DNA of 59,773 bases from an uncultured virus (IMG/VR IMGVR_UViG_3300023105_000006) (taxonomy: Duplodnaviria; Heunggongvirae; Uroviricota; Caudoviricetes): the IMG/VR virus record IMGVR_UViG_3300023105_000006. One strand, given 5' to 3'. The position numbers were made by a program, and so were the translations under genes. The stretch's first letter is position 1; each line of letters opens with the position of its first letter. This document shows, in pieces, positions 9,901 to 18,507 of this stretch. The notes beneath the pieces were generated by a model. The model did no database searches. It was not told the DNA's origin and worked only from the letters and a program-made list of their open reading frames with translations.

Positions 9901-12271
9901 GGATATCTAGGCTGTCGCTTGCACCTTGTAGGTAAAGAGTCTTAGCATCTTGATTATACCACAATCTACCTTCTTGATATGATGGTGCTGATAGGTAATC
10001 AGTGGGTTCAAATTCAATAAAACCATTTTCTTTAATTAAGAGATTATCATTAACAATTGCTGAAGTAGATTTAAGATTAGTAATTACACCACTATCAGCA
10101 TTAAATTGAGAAATATATGCGGAATCAATTGATACTTGACCAAATGTGGCCGTATCAATATCACCGGTAATAACATTTAAATTTGTTATACGTGCTGAAT
10201 CAATTAAAGCATCTACTGCATTAAGATTAGTAATAGTACCTGAATCAATTGTAGCATTAGCAGATGTTAATGCATCTATATCACCAGTTGCTACATTAAG
10301 TTGTCCCGCATATACTGAATCAAGAATTGCATTGGCAGATGTAAGAGTATCAATATCACCAGTTACAACGTTAAGTTGAATTGCATAAGCCGAGTCTGTA
10401 GTAAACTGATCAATATCACCAGTTACAACATTTAGTGTTTGAGCTGAAATTGAATCTACTGCTAATTGTTGTATCTCGGCAGTATTGGCTTCCATATTAA
10501 CAATGTTGAAGTTATTGATAAATGAAGAGTCAATATGTAATTGAGAAACATTTAGACTATCTACCGTCAATTGTGAAATATAGGCTGAATCAAATCTAGC
10601 ATGCTTGGCTACAAGATCTACTGTTTGACCATTGGCATTTTTAACAGCAAGGGCACCATCACTATCTGATAATACAAGTGAGCCGAGATATATTGACTGA
10701 CCAGAAAGATATAGATCTTTCCATCTACGATTAAGTGAACCAAGATCATAAGTTGAATCAAGGTCTGGTAATATATTGCCTAATACATTTACACCACTAT
10801 CGGTAGTTTGGAATTTAACCAAATTGTCATAGAATAGTCTTACGCCTTCACCAAGACGTTCGGCATCAAATAAAGTATTACCATCACCGGTCTTAAAGTA
10901 TTGTTGATCAGACCATACTTCCACTTTGCCCGATGCATTATTTTTTACAAAGAAATTACTGCCATCATGATAAAGATCAACGTCTATACCATCTGTTGAT
11001 CCTAAAGTAATCTTTACATCATTTTGAAATCTAATGTCTTGGCCGAATGAATCAATTACCTGATCATAAGTTCCACCATCTGCAGTATTAATTCTAAATG
11101 TATTTAAATTTGATAACCAGCTAGTTGAGTCAACACCAGCAACAGTTGTAGTCGTAATGTCATATAGACGACCATATCTATCAACAGTAAATGTTGGAAT
11201 CTCGGTTGCTGAACCAAATGTACCAGAATCAACACCTGTAACGTTTAAATCAAAATAGTTAGAATCAGGATACCAATGTATGTTTACACTATTTTCAATT
11301 GCTTGATCTAGATCTGAGTCAAAGTCTTCACTAGTGTAAACCTGTTGGATGTCAACTGAAATGACTCCAGTATTAGCATCATATTGTAGGTCACCCGAAG
11401 TACTAATCATACCTCTAATTGTAGATGTAGAGGTTGCGTCTCCTAATGCAGAATCAAATCTTGCTCTTGTATAATAAAGGTTATCACTTTCTTTTAAATC
11501 ACTTGTAGAGAACGGACTAAGTGTTACGGCTGTAGTAAATGTTTGACCGTCAGCCGTTGATATGGTAATTTCACCACTATTGTCAGAAGAATCATATTCT
11601 AGATTTGTAACACCAGCAACAGCAACTGTATTGATGGCGGTCACTTGCCCTTGATCATTTACGGTTAAAACTGGAACTTGTGCTCCTGAACCATATTCTC
11701 CAGGAGTTACACCAGTTGAATCAACGTCTAATACAAGTCTGTATTCTGATCCAATTTTAGTGGCAGAGGTACTAATAGAATTACCACCAATAATTCTAAA
11801 TGTCTCTGCATCATAAAGAGAAATAGAATCAGTAAAATTATCATCAGTTACAAAGATAGCATGTTTAACTTTATCAACTTCACCATCTACATAGTGTTTT
11901 GTGGTAAGGTCTGAATCATTAAATGCGCCAAGAATGTCTTGTCTGAAAATATTAGCATTGCCTATACCAGTAAGAGTAATATTGCCAGTAACATCAACAT
12001 TACCTTCAATATTAAGATGATCATTAGCAAGAGATATAGTATCACTATCAATAGTAATCTCATCAATTTTTAATACGTTTAACTCTTGTCTATTAATAAA
12101 AGTCTGTGTATCAGAATCAAATTGTAAAAGATCATTATCTGATAAATTAGTAAGATTAACACCTGTAATATTAAATATGGAAAATGCACCAGACGTTACC
12201 CTACGTATAGGTGTACCTACTATTACTTTTCTTACATAAGTACTTTTAGGCTGAGATGTTTGAATTGGCAT
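6980..12271 (-). CDS. Long tail fibre protein (1763 aa), modular repeats, C-terminal C-x2-H-x2-M motif
   Basis: Repeated fibre modules: G.YGS..(Q/E)(V/I)P..TV...G x3, T.DL.E..NLYYT..R.DS x3, YDLG....RWKDLYLSG x2. DS-rich 10-residue repeats. Ends ...YQCLNHPYMG...LDGGTY. Confidence 0.85.
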   Translation of the reverse strand: MPIQTSQPKSTYVRKVIVGTPIRRVTSGAFSIFNITGVNLTNLSDNDLLQFDSDTQTFINRQELNVLKIDEITIDSDTISLANDHLNIEGNVDVTGNITLTGIGNANIFRQDILGAFNDSDLTTKHYVDGEVDKVKHAIFVTDDNFTDSISLYDAETFRIIGGNSISTSATKIGSEYRLVLDVDSTGVTPGEYGSGAQVPVLTVNDQGQVTAINTVAVAGVTNLEYDSSDNSGEITISTADGQTFTTAVTLSPFSTSDLKESDNLYYTRARFDSALGDATSTSTIRGMISTSGDLQYDANTGVISVDIQQVYTSEDFDSDLDQAIENSVNIHWYPDSNYFDLNVTGVDSGTFGSATEIPTFTVDRYGRLYDITTTTVAGVDSTSWLSNLNTFRINTADGGTYDQVIDSFGQDIRFQNDVKITLGSTDGIDVDLYHDGSNFFVKNNASGKVEVWSDQQYFKTGDGNTLFDAERLGEGVRLFYDNLVKFQTTDSGVNVLGNILPDLDSTYDLGSLNRRWKDLYLSGQSIYLGSLVLSDSDGALAVKNANGQTVDLVAKHARFDSAYISQLTVDSLNVSQLHIDSSFINNFNIVNMEANTAEIQQLAVDSISAQTLNVVTGDIDQFTTDSAYAIQLNVVTGDIDTLTSANAILDSVYAGQLNVATGDIDALTSANATIDSGTITNLNAVDALIDSARITNLNVITGDIDTATFGQVSIDSAYISQFNADSGVITNLKSTSAIVNDNLLIKENGFIEFEPTDYLSAPSYQEGRLWYNQDAKTLYLQGASDSLDILLGEREWIRARNNSGTTIEKGKPVYITGVHIPGHPIHGRHPHIALADASDVNKKDVIGLAGETIADGSHGYVVVRGVLNGIDTSNLTEGERVHLGFNTPGALTSTAPEYPNYPMDVGTCLTADSAGAGGSLYVTLYDHTFERFRVTGATRIDGNVTIAGNLQVLGTQTTSSSAALNVSDTFIYLGGGDTIGEAGTNFQGLGSGGTGLDDATISGHFTGEATTTYWVRIKTAGAQDVIEWAKDSDFSSIEYFDSAGTGLTEWNLSTDGLAAMLAGQDNQVITFGASTGHTQGDRWKGTASPINVQIGIAGNYNNPADSYAHSGLFRDVSDQRWKFFTGYQPEPEGNINTSDPTFALAPVQFSMGYGNLTGNVTGQVSTLQNHTTDALNEGSTNLYYTDTRADSDAKHAISVTDTGGDGSLSYAPTTGIITYTGPSAAETQAHFTGGTGINYNAGEIKIDSAELESYYKQDIRGYFTASGDLTYNNQTGEFSFDVEQVYTADNFDSDFGIAIQTIDGHLVPAINETYDLGDSNYRWKDLYLSGNTINLGGTLISVDSNDGGVRFHNPAFDRVPMRGLEIDLGGTGPKITLKKHSTNGLLQVVDSDNTQLKYDLSQQTTDSLGEGSLNLYYTATRVDSDIDARLVGGTGITVASGDISITNTTVTAGTYGSASQVPVFTVNAQGQLDSAGSVSVAGVSSTSFDSATGEFIINTADGGSFATLILDSDFTSQRARDVMVAGSNIVYDSASGLISLNTNPSVADITASGRVTINDDSNGSFIVDNNTILRTYGGRDSDNANTNIPALVGLVDSYGDDIINIYVRSGFKTSAHRYYGSGSAKGYYIAFDSDDLYTAREIQAPHLDLQPGTTYRFHQNDSSMSTHDIRFYFDNERNGSITDSAAKVIYSGTAGDINVGNTWSQIRVHDYGPRTIAYQCLNHPYMGNAANTNTTGGGRIWSTADGVKIEGLIYGTLDGGTY

Positions 12272-12290
12272 TTAAGTCTCCGAAATTGCT

Positions 12291-12650
12291 TTATTCAGAT
12301 CGTGGTTCTGTAACATTGGGTGTAACCTGAATTCTTCCCTCCATAACGCGTTCAATAATCTCGTTGTTATCACTGTCATAAAAAGATATGTTAATGTCAT
12401 AAACATATCTGCCTGTATCCAACAGGGCGGTCTGAGCATTTGTAAGGGAGAGAGTAGCAATTCCGTCAGTAGATGGTGATGCAACTATTGTAGTAAATTC
12501 AATAGAAGTAGTTGCTGCATATGATTTTTTCATAGTACCTGTAATCGAATGATTAGCCAGGTTTTTAGTATTGCCATTTGCATCTTCAAGATGTAGTTCG
12601 ATAGAGATATCGCTACCTTTATCGATAGTAAATTCTTCGTATTGGGCCAT
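12291..12650 (-). CDS. Small virion adaptor protein (Ig/BppU-like; conserved next to fibre genes in marine T4-like phages)
   Basis: Start reassigned to ATG 12650 (MAQYEEFTIDKGSD), which has a GGAGAG RBS. LSLT..QT.LL..GRYVYDI...RVMEG.I.VTP motif. Confidence 0.75.
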   Translation of the reverse strand: MAQYEEFTIDKGSDISIELHLEDANGNTKNLANHSITGTMKKSYAATTSIEFTTIVASPSTDGIATLSLTNAQTALLDTGRYVYDINISFYDSDNNEIIERVMEGRIQVTPNVTEPRSE

Positions 12651-12704
12651 AAAACTCTCCAGTTTCTTTGTCGGACACACCACGTGCCCCTGCTCCGTTG
12701 TTCT

Positions 12705-12712
12705 TATTTATA
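12705..12712 (-). promoter_or_regulatory. T4-type late promoter TATAAATA
   Basis: Exact match in the intergenic region upstream of 12650. Confidence 0.8.
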
Positions 12713-12736
12713 AGAAAAAGAAACTTAAAGAGTTAA

Positions 12737-15319
12737 TTAATAAGATATATCTGTTGTGTCTGTGTGAACGCCATACATAGTACCACTGTCAATTAAGAAA
12801 GAGGTACCTTCAATACTAGCACCGCCTGATGATGTATAACTGCCTGAAGCCCAGCTATTACTTGCTGCGCCAGCTTGTCCGTATCCACCGCCGCCGCCAT
12901 TCCAGTATCCTAAACTACCACATCCATTTCCGCCAGTACCAGTAGCACTTCCTATACCACCACCATGACCATAAGTACCAGAATTACAAACACTAGTAGT
13001 ATTAGATATATTTGAGACGTCACGGCCACCCCATCCACCACTTCCCCAAATGTTTTGAGTAGCGTCTAATATACTAGTACCACCGCTTGCATATCTATAA
13101 CCACCTGCACCGCCACCTTCTCCACCTAGAGCTCTAGGAGAAGATGGATTAGTTGGGTTGCCTTGTTTTACTGCCCATCCATCAAACCCTCTCGCATATG
13201 GAAGGCCACTTAGACTTACACCTGAGGTATCAATGCCTCGTAGTGATTCACCCGCAATACTTTGAGTGTAATTATCTCCTGAAACGGTCATAGGAACAAC
13301 ACCATCTGCATTGGAATCCAATGCATCCATCATTATACTATATACACCGCCGTGGCCGCCTCCAGCACCACCACCACCAGCTTTACCACTACCTCCGCCA
13401 CCACCGCCTGCAATAACGGCGCCGGGCCTGTTGATAATAGTTGTGCCTGAAACCCACGGTTGGATTTTAATCGCGGGACTACCATCCCTACCATTAGAAT
13501 CTCCCAACCATTCCGAACCTCCATTACCACCACGGCCCATTATAATACCAGCATTTGTTATAGTAATATTATCAGTATCTATTAGTAATCCCGGTTGAGT
13601 ACTATCATCAGAATAAACAAATGAATTACTATCAATAAAAATAGAACCTCCCGGTTCAACAAGCTCTGAAGCTCTAACACCTGGAAGCATACCCCTTAAT
13701 GTAAAACTGCCGGATCTATTTGTATAAGATGCAGAATCATCAAGTCTGTTTTCATTATATTTGCCCATATCTGTATCCATACCTAAATTAAAAGCAAATT
13801 TTTCGTGTGAATTTATTTTATAGGTATCATATAAATACACAGCTCCATGGTACGGTGATGGTGATACACCCGGAACATTCTTTATACGTGATGGGTCTGA
13901 TACTGCTATTTTACCTTCGCCGATAGCAACACATTGACCATATCCACCACCATTAGGTGCATATGTCCAGGGATAAAGAGTTGTTTCTAAAACAAGAGAT
14001 CCATTGGCGTCACTGTCAGTTTGGTAAATAGTGGGAAGTCTAAGTACTTCAACATATCCAGCTCCATTATTAGTAGAAACAGTGTCAGGAAATAAGGTTT
14101 GTGGAGCTCCAGCAACAATACGTCCATCACCAATGGCAACCGACATTCCTAGATGATCTCCTGCCGCAGCCCCTTTTCTATAACCTATATAATTGCCATT
14201 AAGATCATATACATATACAGCACCTTTTTGGTTGAATGCATTTGGGTCACCAACCACAATCATATTATGACCAATGTCTACACACATTCCAAATGTATTG
14301 CCAAAAACCTGAGATGTAGTATAAACATTGTTATTAGCCACACCACCACCATTAGCTTGCGCTTCAGTTTTATTTGCTGAAGTACCACCAATAATTTTAG
14401 TAATTTTCACCCCATTAAGATCAAAAATATAAATGGCTCCAGTTTGATATCCATTGCCGGCTGCAGTGCGATATCCAGGTGCACCTGCTACAATACGGCC
14501 ACAACCAATTGCAACGTCGTGGCCCATCATAGCATAACAACCTTCAGTAGAACTTGTGGGTGTATATCCATCATCATAATTATAAATATGCGCCAACATA
14601 TATACATCTTGTGCCCTGCCAAGGTTAGCAGATCTACCACCTCCACCATATTCAAAGATCATTATAGAACCTCTACCGTGAGCTTTGCCACCAAATGATG
14701 GATTTGGATCGTGAGCACCAGGTGCGCCCATTACAATTCTATTTTCATTAATAGCAACTGACCATCCAAAATGATCATAGAACTCCCATCCTACTTGGAC
14801 CTGACCTAGTTTTTCCCCATTAAGATTATAAAGGTCACAACGACCTCGTTCTGACACATCATCCTGATTACCACCAACGATTAAACCCTGCCCAATAGCC
14901 CACGACCCTCTCTTAGCATTGGTAAAACTACTTGACGCGTCATATGGCAACAGTGTTCTTCTAAACTGACCATTAAGGCCAAAAATATCAAGCCTTCCAT
15001 CTATATTACCTGCAGCACCCGTATACGGAGAATTTGCTATTAAAAGGCCATTACCTATTTGAATACTCTTGGATCTCTTATACTGATTATAATCAGGGTT
15101 TTCTTGCGCCTTGTAGTTAAACACCGTATATGTACCACCCTGAGTCCTATCAACTGGATCTTGTAACCAGAGAGGGGCGCTTATACTAGAATAATTATCT
15201 TGGGTTCCGTCCTGTGGCCATGACTGTCCATAATCAGCATATGTGGCTAATAAAGACTGTTGAGAATCATGTTCAACATTAAAATGTGTTCCCATTGTTC
15301 TTGTTGAAGAAAAAAACAT
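12737..15319 (-). CDS. Receptor-binding candidate: FG-GAP-type beta-propeller plus C-terminal gp38-like polyglycine domain
   Basis: Repeats FG.SVAI...RIV.GAP and GA(I/V)Y(I/V)(F/Y)DLNG. C-terminus ITNAGIIMGRGGNGG...IINRPGAVIAGGGGGG with many Gly runs. Confidence 0.75.
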   Translation of the reverse strand: MFFSSTRTMGTHFNVEHDSQQSLLATYADYGQSWPQDGTQDNYSSISAPLWLQDPVDRTQGGTYTVFNYKAQENPDYNQYKRSKSIQIGNGLLIANSPYTGAAGNIDGRLDIFGLNGQFRRTLLPYDASSSFTNAKRGSWAIGQGLIVGGNQDDVSERGRCDLYNLNGEKLGQVQVGWEFYDHFGWSVAINENRIVMGAPGAHDPNPSFGGKAHGRGSIMIFEYGGGGRSANLGRAQDVYMLAHIYNYDDGYTPTSSTEGCYAMMGHDVAIGCGRIVAGAPGYRTAAGNGYQTGAIYIFDLNGVKITKIIGGTSANKTEAQANGGGVANNNVYTTSQVFGNTFGMCVDIGHNMIVVGDPNAFNQKGAVYVYDLNGNYIGYRKGAAAGDHLGMSVAIGDGRIVAGAPQTLFPDTVSTNNGAGYVEVLRLPTIYQTDSDANGSLVLETTLYPWTYAPNGGGYGQCVAIGEGKIAVSDPSRIKNVPGVSPSPYHGAVYLYDTYKINSHEKFAFNLGMDTDMGKYNENRLDDSASYTNRSGSFTLRGMLPGVRASELVEPGGSIFIDSNSFVYSDDSTQPGLLIDTDNITITNAGIIMGRGGNGGSEWLGDSNGRDGSPAIKIQPWVSGTTIINRPGAVIAGGGGGGSGKAGGGGAGGGHGGVYSIMMDALDSNADGVVPMTVSGDNYTQSIAGESLRGIDTSGVSLSGLPYARGFDGWAVKQGNPTNPSSPRALGGEGGGAGGYRYASGGTSILDATQNIWGSGGWGGRDVSNISNTTSVCNSGTYGHGGGIGSATGTGGNGCGSLGYWNGGGGGYGQAGAASNSWASGSYTSSGGASIEGTSFLIDSGTMYGVHTDTTDISY

Positions 15320-16917
15320 TATACGCCTCTAATACTTTGATCATAGACACTACTGCGTCTTTTTGGTGTTTCGTATATATAGAATGCTCCACTGTCAACG
15401 TTTTGATAAATTAGGTCATCACCCCAATTTTCATCACCATGATCCAAAACAACAATTGTTTCATCAACTGATGACATATATTTGCCCCAGCCACTTGGTC
15501 TGCCGAAAAGATATCCCCAACCGGCACCACCTCTAATTGAATCTAATAAATTACCTTCAAGATCAAATATTCTCAAATGACCTCCTAAGGATCCTCCAGA
15601 ACCTGCTATAGTAATTTGATTGTTTGCTATAGACATGGTTAGAGGATTCATATTAGCCATACCCTCTACTTTAAATTGAAATTGTCCCTCTAAGCCGTAA
15701 ATATATGCAGCACCTTGATTGTTATTATACCATGGAGCCAATACACCCACAAGCCCACAACCTATGGCTACATGATGTCCAAAGCCATCATTGTTACTTA
15801 AATTGCGATCAGGGTTGGCCAATTTTCTTAAAGGATTTAAAGATGTACTGTACAAAAATGCTGAACCAGGTCCATGCCCATCATAATAAAAATTATTTGT
15901 TCCATCACCGGGTGCTCCTATAACAACCCTCCCAAATCCTGCTGCCAAAGATTCTCCAAATTGTGGGTTTGAATACCACTGAGCAGAATCTCCTAAAGAA
16001 TCAACCATACCAAAAAATCCAACTGGGTATTGACCATCTGCATAAGCGTTAGTAAGATTAAGAGCAGATGGTAGATGTGTCTGCCATTTATTATTAGCCG
16101 ATCCAATTGATCCTGAATTATAATTGTATTGACCACTAGTATGAGCATATACTCTACCAGGCCTTTCATTAGAACCATAACTAGCTGTACCGGTAGTTGA
16201 ATAGTTACTATCCATATAATGATCTGATGATATACATAAAGAAAATCCAGGGTATGTTCCCCCAGTAATTGCCAATTGTTTTGATTGCTTAGACCATCCA
16301 GTTTCACGTGAATTGTCTAAACCGTTCATACTTTTATGTCTATCAACGTGGCCAATATATCTACCATCGGCTGCTCTGTAAAAAACAATATGACCCTGAT
16401 TTTCTGAAGCAGCCTGATTTGCACCAGCGGCAAAGTTAAGAGTTATTAAATTTCCATTATTATCACTGTCATGGGCTCCACCAACTCTTATTGCCAATAT
16501 ACCATTACCAACCGCAACGGCTTCTCCAAAACGCAGACCGTCTCTCATACCTGGTGTAAATTCTTCACCCCCAAACTCAGGATCTGTGCCATCCGGAAGG
16601 GTTGTGGCATTAACAGGATCAATTTTATAAAGTTCTTCACCCTTTTTATTATATACAATAACGCGGCCCATACCTTCGAAGGGCGAGCCATAGGTCCAAC
16701 TTTGTTGACTTTGTACTATAATACCACATCCAGCCACCATTTGCTGGTTGTTACCACCTCCAACTGTTACATTTATCTTTTTTTGTGTATAATCAGTTGT
16801 TAGGTGTGAATAATTTTCTTTGGGATTAGATACAATAATATCCCTATCATCTAATACTAATTTTTTGGCAGCTGGTGGATTATTATTAGTAGGATCGTTA
16901 TCTATATAAAAAGCCAT
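15319..16917 (-). CDS. FG-GAP-type beta-propeller virion protein (paralogue 2)
   Basis: FGEAVAVGNG, FGESLAAGFGRVVIGAPG, FGHHVAIGCG, GAAYIYGLEG repeats. Confidence 0.75.
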   Translation of the reverse strand: MAFYIDNDPTNNNPPAAKKLVLDDRDIIVSNPKENYSHLTTDYTQKKINVTVGGGNNQQMVAGCGIIVQSQQSWTYGSPFEGMGRVIVYNKKGEELYKIDPVNATTLPDGTDPEFGGEEFTPGMRDGLRFGEAVAVGNGILAIRVGGAHDSDNNGNLITLNFAAGANQAASENQGHIVFYRAADGRYIGHVDRHKSMNGLDNSRETGWSKQSKQLAITGGTYPGFSLCISSDHYMDSNYSTTGTASYGSNERPGRVYAHTSGQYNYNSGSIGSANNKWQTHLPSALNLTNAYADGQYPVGFFGMVDSLGDSAQWYSNPQFGESLAAGFGRVVIGAPGDGTNNFYYDGHGPGSAFLYSTSLNPLRKLANPDRNLSNNDGFGHHVAIGCGLVGVLAPWYNNNQGAAYIYGLEGQFQFKVEGMANMNPLTMSIANNQITIAGSGGSLGGHLRIFDLEGNLLDSIRGGAGWGYLFGRPSGWGKYMSSVDETIVVLDHGDENWGDDLIYQNVDSGAFYIYETPKRRSSVYDQSIRGV

Positions 16918-18506
16918 TACTTATCTCCATCTTCCATTGCCTGTACATCATATGGGGTAAAGATTCCGCGGCCATAATTTAATTCATAAGCTGTACAATA
17001 CCCTCGGCCTGAAGAGGGCCCCTGTCCTCCAATATAAAGTTGACCTGGTCCTAAACATACTCCGGAACCAAAACGTTCGTTTGTAGCATCACCGGTTATT
17101 GAAGCCAAATAATTCCCATCAAGATCATATAAGTAAACTTTACCACGGTTAATAAAATCAGAGTATGCACCAATTACAATATAACCAAAACCAACATCTA
17201 TTTGATCTCCAAAAGATTCATAACCACCCAAATATACCCCAGAAGTTTCTGTTAAAATGTCTTTTATATGATTACCATCAAGATCAAATACATGAGTACT
17301 CTGTGAATAACCGCTTGCTACTATTCTTCCACCACCAATTTTCACGTTACGGCCAAATTGGCCCTTTGCACCAGAAGTATTAGGAGTTGGATTTGCAACT
17401 CTTCTTAGTAAATTACCTCTATAGTCAAATATATAAATTGCACCTTGATTTTCGTAATTTGTTACCACATTACCATCACCATCAAGTATGTCTTCACGTG
17501 GTGCTCCTACCACAATCCTCCCACATCCAATATCGTGAGACTCACCCCATTGAGTATAATTTGATGCATTATCATGATACCATTTAGCAATAGGTATATC
17601 CTTCATTTTGATAACCTTGCCTGAGCCATTAAATGGACTATATACACTTTGCATATCATCATAAAACCAAACCTTATTATCTTCACCTATGGCAGTATTA
17701 GGTTTATACAAAGAGCGGTTGAACCCAACAACCATTTTTCCACTAGCAGCTGATACAGAAGCGCCCATATAATTAAACTGATAGCCAGAAGCATTAGTAT
17801 CGTACATGCCGCCCTTTTGACCACCACCACCTGCTGGACTTGGACCATCTCCATAATAATAATTTCCATAAAAAGACGGTAAATGATATCTTACCCCATT
17901 ACCACTATATTGCTCTGAGTCAGTTTGTACACGAACACCACCCGCGTTTGTAACATTATTACCGGTGTCATCATAACCAGGTGCACCTGATATTATACAT
18001 CCTGCTGTATATGCTATAGATTTGTTTGCCTGGGCACCTGCACCCCCAGACCATATATCTATTTTTTCCCAAGGGGTTCCATCATCCCATCCATTATTTT
18101 TATCTCTTTCACCATTATAATAAAATACTCCAAAAAACCTATCATTAGATTTAAGGGTCACATCATTTAAATAGCCATATCTTGTTTTGTTGTTTTGATG
18201 AACTCTGCCTGGGTTAAGTCCGAACAACATGCCAGCGCTTGTTTCCTGCCCAGCGTTGCTATGTCTTGGGCATGCAAAAAATACTTTACCGCCACCATAA
18301 ACCATACGTGGCTGGCCGGTATAAGGGGTCAAGGCAGTATTTAAAAATAAATCAGAACCGTCTGCTGCATCTTCATCAACAGCTATTTTTCTAAAAATAT
18401 TCCTGTATGACGGATATGCAAATGTTGCTTTTGGTGAATCATAAAGATATGGTATTCCGTCTATCGTAGAATGAGGGCGGTCACTAGTTCCAGCTTTAAA
18501 GGCCAT
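16917..18506 (-). CDS. FG-GAP-type beta-propeller virion protein (paralogue 1)
   Basis: DIGCGRIVVGAP, GAIYIFDYRG, FGDQIDVGFGYIVIGA, GKVYLYDLDG repeats. Confidence 0.75.
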   Translation of the reverse strand: MAFKAGTSDRPHSTIDGIPYLYDSPKATFAYPSYRNIFRKIAVDEDAADGSDLFLNTALTPYTGQPRMVYGGGKVFFACPRHSNAGQETSAGMLFGLNPGRVHQNNKTRYGYLNDVTLKSNDRFFGVFYYNGERDKNNGWDDGTPWEKIDIWSGGAGAQANKSIAYTAGCIISGAPGYDDTGNNVTNAGGVRVQTDSEQYSGNGVRYHLPSFYGNYYYGDGPSPAGGGGQKGGMYDTNASGYQFNYMGASVSAASGKMVVGFNRSLYKPNTAIGEDNKVWFYDDMQSVYSPFNGSGKVIKMKDIPIAKWYHDNASNYTQWGESHDIGCGRIVVGAPREDILDGDGNVVTNYENQGAIYIFDYRGNLLRRVANPTPNTSGAKGQFGRNVKIGGGRIVASGYSQSTHVFDLDGNHIKDILTETSGVYLGGYESFGDQIDVGFGYIVIGAYSDFINRGKVYLYDLDGNYLASITGDATNERFGSGVCLGPGQLYIGGQGPSSGRGYCTAYELNYGRGIFTPYDVQAMEDGDK

Positions 18507-18507
18507 A

